Shown here in pieces: positions 10,657 through 19,160 of a DNA stretch of 64,000 bases. The notes under the pieces are model-generated. The model did no database searches. It had not been told where the DNA came from and was given only the letters and a program-made list of their open reading frames with translations. How positions within the stretch are numbered: position 1 is the stretch's first letter; every line of letters starts with the position of its first letter. Position numbers and translations under genes: made by a program. The stretch is from an uncultured Bacteroidales bacterium (lineage in GTDB: Bacteria > Bacteroidota > Bacteroidia > Bacteroidales > JAAAOM01): assembly GCA_964652315.1 (NCBI GenBank), contig CAZZBU010000004.1, forward strand, positions 1,233 through 65,232. Reading direction: 5' to 3'.

Positions 10657-11874
10657 ATGAAAAAATTATTTATCGCTTTATGTGCACTTGTAATAATGAG
10701 TGCTTCATGCACCTCATTTGCAAAAAACAAAACAGAAACAACCGAAAATTTTGATAGCAATACTGCATACGGAGTTTTAATGGGCAATACCGTTCTGGAA
10801 GAATATCCCGAAATCTGGACTATCGAAGATAGAAATGAACCAAAATGGAGCTATACCTATGGCTTATTAAGCATGGCCATGCTCGAACTGTACGAAAAAA
10901 CAGGTACCGAAGCATATTACAGGTATGCCAAAGGATATGCTGATACGCTAATTGATGGCACAGGCCACATTAAAACCTATAAAAAAGAAGATTACAATAT
11001 TGATCATATCAATTCGGGGAGAATTTTATTTACGTTGTATGAAAAAACCGGCGACCAAAAATATAAAAGGGCTATTGATACCCTCAGGTCTCAGCTTACG
11101 TTGCATCCGCAAACGGAAATAGGCGGATTTTGGCATAAAAAACGCTATCCGCATCAGATGTGGCTCGATGGGGTTTATATGGGCGCTCCTTTTTATGCAC
11201 AGTATGCACAACAATATAACGAACCTGATAAGTTTGATGAAATTGCGGCCTGGATTATGAATGTTGAGAAAGTTACCCGCGATCCGGAAACCGGCCTTTT
11301 ATACCATGCATGGGATGAATCTAAACAGCAGGCATGGGCAGATAAGGAAACCGGCTGCTCCCCTCATTTTTGGGGAAGGGCTATGGGTTGGTACAGTATG
11401 GGTCTGGTTGATGTGCTCGACTATTTTCCAAAGCAACATGAAAAGTATGATTCAATTGTGGCCATCATTCAGCGCCTGGCCGAAGCGATTGTTAAATATC
11501 AGGACGAAGAAACCGGGGTTTGGTACCAGGTGCTCGACCAGGGAACCCGCGAGGGAAATTATCTTGAGGGATCGGTAAGTTCCATGTTTTCGTATTTTTT
11601 GCTTAAATCAATTAACAATGGATATATTAATTCTGATACCTACATGGATAATGCAAAAATGGCTTACCGGGGTACCATTAATAATTTAATGGTAGTCGAT
11701 GCTGATTCAACGCTTACCCTCACACCTGTTTGTGCTGTGGCCGGACTGGGTGGTTCCCCTTATCGCGATGGCAGCTATGAGTATTACGTAAATGAACAAT
11801 TACGCGATAATGACCCCAAGGCGGTTGGTCCGTTTATTTTAGCAGCACTTGAATATGATAAGCTTACAAGATAA
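10657..11874 (+). CDS. Glycoside hydrolase family 105 (second copy), no CTD, probable lipoprotein
   Basis: Same GH105 motifs as the first copy (GGFWHKKRYPHQMWLDGVYMG, FWGRAMGWYSMGLVD). Signal peptide ends in ..IMSASC. The protein ends shortly after the catalytic domain (..ALEYDKLTR). Confidence 0.85.
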   Translation: MKKLFIALCALVIMSASCTSFAKNKTETTENFDSNTAYGVLMGNTVLEEYPEIWTIEDRNEPKWSYTYGLLSMAMLELYEKTGTEAYYRYAKGYADTLIDGTGHIKTYKKEDYNIDHINSGRILFTLYEKTGDQKYKRAIDTLRSQLTLHPQTEIGGFWHKKRYPHQMWLDGVYMGAPFYAQYAQQYNEPDKFDEIAAWIMNVEKVTRDPETGLLYHAWDESKQQAWADKETGCSPHFWGRAMGWYSMGLVDVLDYFPKQHEKYDSIVAIIQRLAEAIVKYQDEETGVWYQVLDQGTREGNYLEGSVSSMFSYFLLKSINNGYINSDTYMDNAKMAYRGTINNLMVVDADSTLTLTPVCAVAGLGGSPYRDGSYEYYVNEQLRDNDPKAVGPFILAALEYDKLTR

Positions 11875-11964
11875 AATAGTTGAATGGCACTTACTGGTTT
11901 TGGCAACTGGAAATCTATAAAAAGGGATTTATGAACCCATAACGTGCTAATAATATTTTACGTG

Positions 11965-14475
11965 ATGAAAATAATTATTGTTATTCTTGTTTCCTTAGTA
12001 GGCAGCCTTTATACAGCAAATACCCAGGTTATATACGAAGCTGAGGATGCTGTTTTTTCATCAGGCAAAATTGACAACAAGCATGCCGGGTTTACCGGCG
12101 ATGGATTTGTTGATACCGAAAACAAGGTAAATGAATATATTGAATGGCAGATACACTCGTTTAAGGAAATAACTGATTCGGTAGGCTTCAGGTATGCATT
12201 GGGTAAAGACGAAGTACGCTCCATGCAGGTATTGGTTAATGATGCCTTAACTGATACCATTGATTTTGATAATACCGTCGAGTTTACCTCATATGAATAT
12301 AAGTACACGACCTGCAATATTCGGGCAGGTATAAATACCATCAGGCTGGTTGCGATTACCGAGGGGGGCGCACCTAACATGGATCATTTAACTGCCCGCC
12401 TAGACACAAATATGTATCTAAAACTCAATGTGGGGGTCGATGGCAATGGCTCGGTTTCTGTACAACCCCAGGCTGATTCTGTGCTCTATGGGACTCGCGT
12501 GAAACTTACCGCTAACCCTTCTGCTGGAAACATCTTTAATGAGTGGACTGGCTATTTTTCCTCGAAAAATAATCCTCTCGCCTTTACCATGGACAATCAC
12601 ATGAATGTAACTGCCGGATTTGCAGGCATCCTGCCTGCTTTTCCGGGAGCCGAAGGGTTTGGAGCTAACATAACTGGCGGTCGGGGTGGCGAGGTAATCG
12701 CTGTAACCAACTTAAATGATTCGGGCGAGGGAAGCTTAAGGGCTGCCATTGAAACTTCCGGAACACGAACCATTGTATTTCGTGTGGCCGGGCGAATTGA
12801 TTTAAATTCCGAATTATCAATTAATAACGGTAACCTTACCATTGCCGGACAAACTGCTCCGGGCGATGGAATTACCTTATCAGGGCACACCCTAAAAGTT
12901 AATGCCGATAATGTTATAATCCGGTTTATCCGTTCCCGGTTAGGCGATGTGAAAGGCTCACAGGATGATGCGCTCAATGGGCGGAAACACAAGGGCATTA
13001 TAATTGACCATTGTTCAATGAGCTGGTCGATCGACGAAGGGGCATCGTTCTACGATAATACCAATTTTACTATGCAGTATTGCATTATCAGTGAAAGCCT
13101 GTATAAATCTGTTCACGATAAAGGCACCCACGGTTATGGAGGCATCTGGGGCGGCAAGGGTGCCACTTTTCATCATAACCTTCTGGCCCATCATACCAGC
13201 CGCAATCCGCGTTTTTGTGGCAGCCGGTACTCCAACCAACCCGATTTGGAACGAGTTGATTTCAGGAACAACGTAATTTATAATTGGGGAAGTAATAGCA
13301 TTTATGGTGCCGAAGGTGGAAGCTATAACCTGGTTAATAACTACTTTAAACCGGGGCCGGCTACTAAATCAGCGGTTAAACCCCGCATTATGGCTCCTAA
13401 TGCCGACAATGGATCAAATAATCAGCCCCAGGGTGTTTGGGGTACATTTTTTGTCGACGGTAATTATGTGCTGGGCTCCAGTCATGTTACAGAAAATAAC
13501 TGGAACGGAGTACATGTAAACAGCAGCTTTGTTGATCAGATTAAATCATCTGAAGAATATTCCTTTGATGAAGTAACAACCCATACAGCCGATCTGGCTT
13601 TTGAGCATGTAATGGCGCAGGCAGGATGTATATTGCCACAACGTGATGCTGTTGATAAACGAATCATTAATGAAACCTTAACCGGCACCGCTTCTTTTGG
13701 CGGAAGTTATGGTACAGCTACCGGCATTATCGATTCGCAGGAAGATGTCGGAGGCTGGCCAGCTTTAAATGCAGGTACACCACCAGCCGATTCAGATGGG
13801 GATGGAATGCCCGATGAATGGGAAATAGCGCAGGGATTGAACCCGGATGATCCTGACGACAGAAATGACGACGCCAATAGTGATGGATATACCAATTTAG
13901 AAGCCTATTTAAATGAGTTGGTTCAAAAACATACCTATTTGTTACGGCCACTGAACCTGTCAGCCGAATTGATCAATACGGGTCAGCTTACCCTTACCTG
14001 GGACGATGTAACAACCACTGAAACTGGTTTTTTAGTTGAGCGGAAAACAAACGATAACGCATTCGAAGAAGTGGCGAGCCTCCCCGAAAATACAGAAACT
14101 TACACTGATAACACCCTGACAAATGATGTATTTAGTTATCGGGTACGTGCGATAAACCATTCGGATACTTCGTTTTATACTGATACGGTTACCATAAGTC
14201 TGCTAACCCATGTCAGGAATATAGAAGAGAAAATTCCGGGATTAATGGTCTCTCCTAATCCTATTCAAAATAAGGTAAGCTTAACTTTTACCACTATACC
14301 GGCCTCTGGGGTATCTATAAATTTGTACAATACTGTAGGTCAAAAGATGGAGGTAGTTAAGCAGGTTAAAAACCAGCAAATCTATTTCGATGCTTCCCAT
14401 GTTCCACCCGGAATGTATGTTTTGGTAGTATCAACTTCCGATGGATCTGAAACCCGAAAACTGATAAAGAACTAA
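11965..14475 (+). CDS. Multidomain pectate lyase (PL1-like): CBM35/CBM6-like module, Ig-like repeat, PL1 catalytic beta-helix, Asp-rich calcium-binding-like linker, Fn3-like domain, T9SS CTD
   Basis: N-terminal YEAEDAVFSSGKIDNKHAGFTGDGFVD...NTIRLVAI..APNMDHL fits a CBM35/6-type module. The catalytic region carries AFPGAEGFGANITGGRGGEVIAVTNLNDSGEGSLRAAIE, ..DHCSMSWSIDE.. and ..HHNLLAHHTSRNPRF... DSDGDGMPDEWE..NPDDPDDRNDDANSDGYTNLEAYLN is a thrombospondin-type-3-like linker. The CTD is LMVSPNPIQNKVSL..GMYVLVV..RKLIKN (14242-14472). The ATG at 11965 is preferred over the upstream GTG at 11944. Confidence 0.85.
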   Translation: MKIIIVILVSLVGSLYTANTQVIYEAEDAVFSSGKIDNKHAGFTGDGFVDTENKVNEYIEWQIHSFKEITDSVGFRYALGKDEVRSMQVLVNDALTDTIDFDNTVEFTSYEYKYTTCNIRAGINTIRLVAITEGGAPNMDHLTARLDTNMYLKLNVGVDGNGSVSVQPQADSVLYGTRVKLTANPSAGNIFNEWTGYFSSKNNPLAFTMDNHMNVTAGFAGILPAFPGAEGFGANITGGRGGEVIAVTNLNDSGEGSLRAAIETSGTRTIVFRVAGRIDLNSELSINNGNLTIAGQTAPGDGITLSGHTLKVNADNVIIRFIRSRLGDVKGSQDDALNGRKHKGIIIDHCSMSWSIDEGASFYDNTNFTMQYCIISESLYKSVHDKGTHGYGGIWGGKGATFHHNLLAHHTSRNPRFCGSRYSNQPDLERVDFRNNVIYNWGSNSIYGAEGGSYNLVNNYFKPGPATKSAVKPRIMAPNADNGSNNQPQGVWGTFFVDGNYVLGSSHVTENNWNGVHVNSSFVDQIKSSEEYSFDEVTTHTADLAFEHVMAQAGCILPQRDAVDKRIINETLTGTASFGGSYGTATGIIDSQEDVGGWPALNAGTPPADSDGDGMPDEWEIAQGLNPDDPDDRNDDANSDGYTNLEAYLNELVQKHTYLLRPLNLSAELINTGQLTLTWDDVTTTETGFLVERKTNDNAFEEVASLPENTETYTDNTLTNDVFSYRVRAINHSDTSFYTDTVTISLLTHVRNIEEKIPGLMVSPNPIQNKVSLTFTTIPASGVSINLYNTVGQKMEVVKQVKNQQIYFDASHVPPGMYVLVVSTSDGSETRKLIKN

Positions 14476-14586
14476 AGGGTAAATTACCATGAATAACTAA
14501 ATGATGGTATTAACAGGCATGCTCAATTTCGGGCTTTTGAAGCATGTATAATTTTTAGTTTTCTTATTCTGATTTGTGCTGCAACT

Positions 14587-14769
14587 ATGGGGGTTGAAAA
14601 ATCCAAAAAAATATATTTGCACATCGAAGCAGGCAAACATGACTCCTTGCCGGATGGGTTGGTTGACAATACACATTTTTCACAATATGGTGCATTGGAA
14701 ATGGCCTGGATTGCTGCTGCTGAAATGGAAGTATATTCGTCGCAACTGGCAAAGTATCTAAAGCCATAA
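14587..14769 (+). pseudogene. C-terminal remnant of an SGNH/GDSL (CE12-like) rhamnogalacturonan acetylesterase
   Basis: The 60-aa ORF ..LHIEAGKHDSLPDGLVDNTHFSQYGALEMAWIAAAEM..LAKYLKP matches only the last block of SGNH hydrolases (the D-x-x-H catalytic dyad followed by an amphipathic helix). The same frame upstream is closed by TAA at 14494, and only ~110 nt separate it from the preceding gene. The N-terminal ~170 aa, including the GDS nucleophile block, are therefore absent. Confidence 0.5.
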
Positions 14770-14790
14770 AATGGATAAACAGATAAAAAT

Positions 14791-16407
14791 ATGAAGCAAT
14801 TCACTTTTTACCTTTCCCTGGCAGCACTTATATTGCTGTTGGGATGCAATCAAAAAGATAGTGGCTCTTTAACCCTTCAAACCGTAGTTTTTAGCAATCC
14901 TGTTTTGCATTTAGATTATTCAGATCCTGATGTGATTCAGGTGGGTTCGAAATACTACATGACTGCCTCGAGTTTTAACTGCATTCCCGGATTGCCCTTG
15001 CTGGTATCAGATAATCTGGTCGATTGGGAACTTATTGGGTATGCCATTGATAAGCTTGAACCCGATTCGGCGTTTTCGAAACCGCAGCATGGAAATGGGG
15101 TTTGGGCACCTTCTATCCGCTACCGGAATAATCAGTTTTATATTTATTATGGCGATCCTGATTACGGAATTTTTATGGTTACTGCCAAAACTTTTAAGGG
15201 TCCCTGGAGCGAACCTCATTTGGTTAAAGCAGGCAAAGGCTGGATCGATCCCTGCCCTTTTTGGGATGAGGATGGAACTGCCTGGCTGGTTCATGCCTGG
15301 GCTGGCAGCAGAGCAGGTATTAAAAGCACGCTTACCCTGCATAAAATGGCTCCAGATGGCAAAAAATTGCTCGACAGGGGTATTATAGTGTTTGATGGAC
15401 ATACGGATAACCCCACAGTTGAAGGCCCTAAAATGTATAAACGTAACGGCTTTTATTACATATTGGCTCCTGCCGGCGGAGTAACTTACGGATGGCAGTT
15501 GGCATTGCGCTCAAAAAACATTACCGGCCCCTACGAGGCCAAAAAAGTATTGCACCAGGGAAGTACACAGATCAACGGCCCGCATCAGGGCGGATTGGTT
15601 GATGCACCTGATGGGAGCTCGTGGTTTATTCATTTTCAGGATAAAGAGGCTTTTGGGCGTGTGGTACATTTGCAGCCGGTTAACTGGATTGACGATTGGC
15701 CGGTTATGGGAAATGATGCCGATGGCGATGGCCTGGGAGAACCCATACTAAAAGGTGAAATCAATACGCTACCCGTGAAAACGGCGAATACTGAAAATCC
15801 TTACTCCGATGAGTTTAACACAGCAAGTTATAATGTACATTGGCAATGGCATGCAAACCCATCGGAAAAATGGGGGGCACCTTCAGGGTATTTGGGGTTT
15901 ATGCGATTGAATGCTGTTCCGTTTCCCGAATTAAGCAACTTGTGGGAGGCGCCTAATTTGTTTATGCAAAAATTTCCGGATAGTGCCTTTACTGTTACCA
16001 CTAAAATGGACATTTTTTTAAAAGAAAACACCGACAGGGCAGGGTTATTACTGATGGGTTACGACTATGCTTATATAGGAATTGAAAAACAAAACAACCG
16101 CAACACACTGGTATATCGGGTTTGTAAAGATGCTGATAAAGGAGGTGTTGAAAAAACCTTGATGTCCCTTCCCTGCGAAAGCCCGACTGTTTATGTAAAA
16201 GTGGCTGTTGATAGCCGGGGGAGGTGCCGGTTTAGTTATGCGGCTGAGGACGAAGATTTTACCGCGTTGCCTGATTCATTTCAGGCAGCGCCCGGAAAGT
16301 GGATTGGTGCTAAAATTGGATTGTTCTGCCTGAGTAAAGCCGTTACCAACGATGCCGGATACATAAATGTAGACTGGTTTAAAGTGAATTTAGATAATAA
16401 CGATTAA
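14791..16407 (+). CDS. Glycoside hydrolase family 43 (beta-xylosidase/alpha-L-arabinofuranosidase-type) with C-terminal beta-sandwich, lipoprotein
   Basis: Lipobox LILLLGC. GH43 five-bladed propeller motifs are present: NPVLHLDYSDPDVIQVGSKYYMTASSF, PGLPLLVSDNLVDWELIGYA, WAPSIRY, IDPCPFWDEDG, VEGPKMYK. The C-terminal ~200 aa look like a concanavalin-like module. Confidence 0.85.
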   Translation: MKQFTFYLSLAALILLLGCNQKDSGSLTLQTVVFSNPVLHLDYSDPDVIQVGSKYYMTASSFNCIPGLPLLVSDNLVDWELIGYAIDKLEPDSAFSKPQHGNGVWAPSIRYRNNQFYIYYGDPDYGIFMVTAKTFKGPWSEPHLVKAGKGWIDPCPFWDEDGTAWLVHAWAGSRAGIKSTLTLHKMAPDGKKLLDRGIIVFDGHTDNPTVEGPKMYKRNGFYYILAPAGGVTYGWQLALRSKNITGPYEAKKVLHQGSTQINGPHQGGLVDAPDGSSWFIHFQDKEAFGRVVHLQPVNWIDDWPVMGNDADGDGLGEPILKGEINTLPVKTANTENPYSDEFNTASYNVHWQWHANPSEKWGAPSGYLGFMRLNAVPFPELSNLWEAPNLFMQKFPDSAFTVTTKMDIFLKENTDRAGLLLMGYDYAYIGIEKQNNRNTLVYRVCKDADKGGVEKTLMSLPCESPTVYVKVAVDSRGRCRFSYAAEDEDFTALPDSFQAAPGKWIGAKIGLFCLSKAVTNDAGYINVDWFKVNLDNND

Positions 16408-16430
16408 CATCTGCGCTTGATTTAGACGTA

Positions 16431-17525
16431 TCAGCTACTTTCCCCCTTATGCTTCTTAACGTTATCAATAAACTTATCAAAAAGAAACTCGGTATCTGTT
16501 GGTCCGCTGGAGGCTTCGGGGTGAAACTGCGATGAGAAAAATGGCTTCGTACGATGGATCATGCCCTCATTCGTATCGTCATTCAGATTAACAAACAGCG
16601 GCTTCCAGTCAGCCGGCAGGGTGCTGTTGTCAATGGCATATCCATGGTTTTGTGATGTAATATAAGCGTTGTTGGTACCCAGCATAATCACAGGCTGATT
16701 ATGGCTTCTGTGACCGTATTTCAGCTTATAGGAGTTGGCACCTGCAGCCAGTCCAAGGAGTTGATTTCCCAGGCAAATCCCGCACACAGGGATGTCGCCC
16801 TGTATGGCTTTCTTCAGATTTTCCACGGTCACATCGCACGTTTTTGGGTCACCCGGCCCGTTGGATATGAATAACCCATCGTATTCATCTTGTGTAAAAT
16901 CATAATCCCAGGGTACCAGGGTAACGGTAGTATCGCGTTTCAGCAGGTTGCGGATGATGTTATATTTTACTCCACAATCAATTAAAACAATTTTGTATTT
17001 TCCATCGCCATAAACCTTCTTTTCTTTTACACTGACTTTTGCCACCAGGTTTTCCGTGCTTGGATCGTACCAGTCGGGTTCGTTATCTTCAAAAACAATT
17101 TTACCGGGCATGGTACCTTTTTCACGTAGGATTTTAGTCAAAGCACGGGTATCGATATCATAAATGCCGGGCACATCATATTCTTTTAACCAGTCACCCA
17201 GTGATTTATGGGCATTCCAGTGATTAAATTCGTGAGAATAGTCTGAAATAATCAATCCACTGATGTGCAGGGCATAAGATTCATAGAAATTGGATAATCC
17301 ATTTTCTGCTGCAGCATCGCCTGGCACACCGTAATTTCCAATTAAAGGATAGGTTAATACCAGGATTTGTCCCTTATAGGAAGGATCCGTAAGGCTTTCA
17401 GGATATCCTGTCATGGCTGTGTTAAATACCACTTCGCCCGAAACTGATCCGTCATAACCAAACGATTTACCGCTAAATTCTGTACCATCCTCCAGTACCA
17501 ACTTGATTGGTTTTCCTTGTGTCAT
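16431..17525 (-). CDS. carA: Carbamoyl-phosphate synthase small (glutamine amidotransferase) subunit
   Basis: N-terminal LEDGTEFSGKSFG..GEVVFNTAMTGYPESLTDPSYKGQILVLTYPLIGNYG. Class-I GATase triad context: GICLGNQLL, ..SQNHGYAID.., ..FSSQFHPE... Confidence 0.92.
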   Translation of the reverse strand: MTQGKPIKLVLEDGTEFSGKSFGYDGSVSGEVVFNTAMTGYPESLTDPSYKGQILVLTYPLIGNYGVPGDAAAENGLSNFYESYALHISGLIISDYSHEFNHWNAHKSLGDWLKEYDVPGIYDIDTRALTKILREKGTMPGKIVFEDNEPDWYDPSTENLVAKVSVKEKKVYGDGKYKIVLIDCGVKYNIIRNLLKRDTTVTLVPWDYDFTQDEYDGLFISNGPGDPKTCDVTVENLKKAIQGDIPVCGICLGNQLLGLAAGANSYKLKYGHRSHNQPVIMLGTNNAYITSQNHGYAIDNSTLPADWKPLFVNLNDDTNEGMIHRTKPFFSSQFHPEASSGPTDTEFLFDKFIDNVKKHKGESS

Positions 17526-17552
17526 CGAATTAATCCTTTAATATGTAAATAC

Positions 17553-19037
17553 TTAATTTTTCTTTTCCTCTGCCCGGATTATATCAGCAATCTGATCTGC
17601 TCCGATTCGTTTGGCAATGATTTTTTTATCCTCATCAAGAAGGAACAATACAGGTGAGCTTTGAATATCATACTTAACCTTATATTGATAGTCATAAGGG
17701 TTCCAGGCATTAATCCATTTATATAACTCGTGTTGGTTAATGAAATTTACCCATTTGGCTTTTCCTTCTTCTCCTCCAATCATGTGTATGGACACTACCT
17801 CTAAACCAAGGTTATTTAATTCATTGACATATAAATCATAAAGGGCAGGTATCTCTTTTTTACAATGACCACAATCTGATTCCCAAAAGACCAACAAGGT
17901 ATATTTTGACTGAATGTCATGCATGTTATACATCTGGCCTACATGGGGGTAATGTTTCAAAGCGGAGTCATTTCTTGCTTCGATGAAATGTTCAAATGGC
18001 ACTTCCACAAGCTGAAAATCCGGGGCTGCTTCTCCGAGCATTGTAGGTTTTGCTTTGGCAACCCGTTCCTTAAGGTCGGTTAGGAATTTCTCGTCGCTCC
18101 AGGTAGCTTCGGGAATGTAATACTTTTCGGCAATATGCAGGTAAACGGCATCCATGCCCATGATTTTACTTTTAGCAAAATGGTTAAAAAGGGTAATAAG
18201 CATGTATCGGAACAATTCATCGCTCGAGCGGGATTGTTCAATTAACCAGTCCACTTCCTTTATAAGGGTATCCGGAACTTGCGGAACTACTTTGGAAATG
18301 TAATTCATCACAGTTTCTTCATAGAGTGGCGTTCGCAGCAACCTTGGATCCGAGACATCAAAATTATCAAAATAATGGGTCCGGTAGTACCGGTACTGAA
18401 AAGTGGAGTCAGTAATGTTACCGGCTTCGTCTTTTGGGGGCTCCGGTACTTTTATTGGTTGGGTAGCCTGTACAAAAACACCCAGGAAATTATGCGGATT
18501 GGCCTGGATAAGGCTGTCAACATAGGATTTTACATTGGAATTAATCCTGGCGAGTTGCTCATCAACGGCTGCTTTCTCAGTATCTGTAGCAGCTTGTGCC
18601 TTTTTGGTGCGTAGCCCGCCTGCTAACTGGCTTTGTTTTGCCAGAAATAGCTGGTATTGGAGAAAATCACTGGCTACCTCATTACCGGTAATCTCCATGT
18701 TGCTGAATAGATCAGTGGTATCGGTAACCATGGTAAACCGTTGATCCTTATCAATCATAAAATCAACATATTTCCGGTTTGGCAGGAATAATATATACAT
18801 GCCACCCGGAAGTGTCGAATCACCTTTGAAAACACCGTAACCCAATTCGTCAACACGAATGGTATCATCAGGATACATGGACTTATTAAAATAGTGTCCC
18901 AACAAAAGGGTGGTATCTTCTAATCCGTGTACTCTTACCTTTATTTCATAACCTGATTGTGCCTGAATAAATATGGGCATTCCAATCAATACCAGCAATA
19001 AAACGACTCTGGTTTTTAAGCAATATAAATGATTCAT
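17553..19037 (-). CDS. TlpA-like thiol:disulfide oxidoreductase (N-terminal DUF4369-like beta domain plus helical region plus thioredoxin fold)
   Basis: Signal peptide present. The C-terminal thioredoxin fold carries the active site FWESDCGHCKKEIP (CxxC). Confidence 0.75.
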   Translation of the reverse strand: MNHLYCLKTRVVLLLVLIGMPIFIQAQSGYEIKVRVHGLEDTTLLLGHYFNKSMYPDDTIRVDELGYGVFKGDSTLPGGMYILFLPNRKYVDFMIDKDQRFTMVTDTTDLFSNMEITGNEVASDFLQYQLFLAKQSQLAGGLRTKKAQAATDTEKAAVDEQLARINSNVKSYVDSLIQANPHNFLGVFVQATQPIKVPEPPKDEAGNITDSTFQYRYYRTHYFDNFDVSDPRLLRTPLYEETVMNYISKVVPQVPDTLIKEVDWLIEQSRSSDELFRYMLITLFNHFAKSKIMGMDAVYLHIAEKYYIPEATWSDEKFLTDLKERVAKAKPTMLGEAAPDFQLVEVPFEHFIEARNDSALKHYPHVGQMYNMHDIQSKYTLLVFWESDCGHCKKEIPALYDLYVNELNNLGLEVVSIHMIGGEEGKAKWVNFINQHELYKWINAWNPYDYQYKVKYDIQSSPVLFLLDEDKKIIAKRIGADQIADIIRAEEKKN

Positions 19038-19064
19038 ATCTTTTTAAACCTTTAATTCAGGGTG

Positions 19065-19072
19065 CAAATTTA
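19065..19072 (-). promoter_or_regulatory. Candidate Bacteroidota -7 promoter element (TAAATTTG on the minus strand) for the thioredoxin-like gene
   Basis: The reverse complement of 19065-19072 is TAAATTTG, matching the TAnnTTTG consensus, 28 nt upstream of the start codon at 19037. Confidence 0.4.
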
Positions 19073-19160
19073 ATCAAATTTCATGCTTTTAAGCATAATT
19101 TTGATATTCCTCTTGCATCTGCAATGTATAAAAGGTAACGGAAATCACGCGATGTTTATT

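Noticed and set aside
12597-12998. 133-aa minus-strand ORF (and neighbours 12009-12380, 13015-13239)
   Set aside because: Antisense to the pectate-lyase gene. Pro/Ser/Arg-rich translation is typical of reverse-frame artefacts.
14523-14804. 93-aa minus-strand ORF and other short ORFs (14576-14761, 14585-14767) in the PL1-GH43 gap
   Set aside because: They overlap one another. Only the plus-strand frame 14587-14769 shows a recognisable motif (the SGNH D-x-x-H block), and even that is interpreted as a gene remnant.
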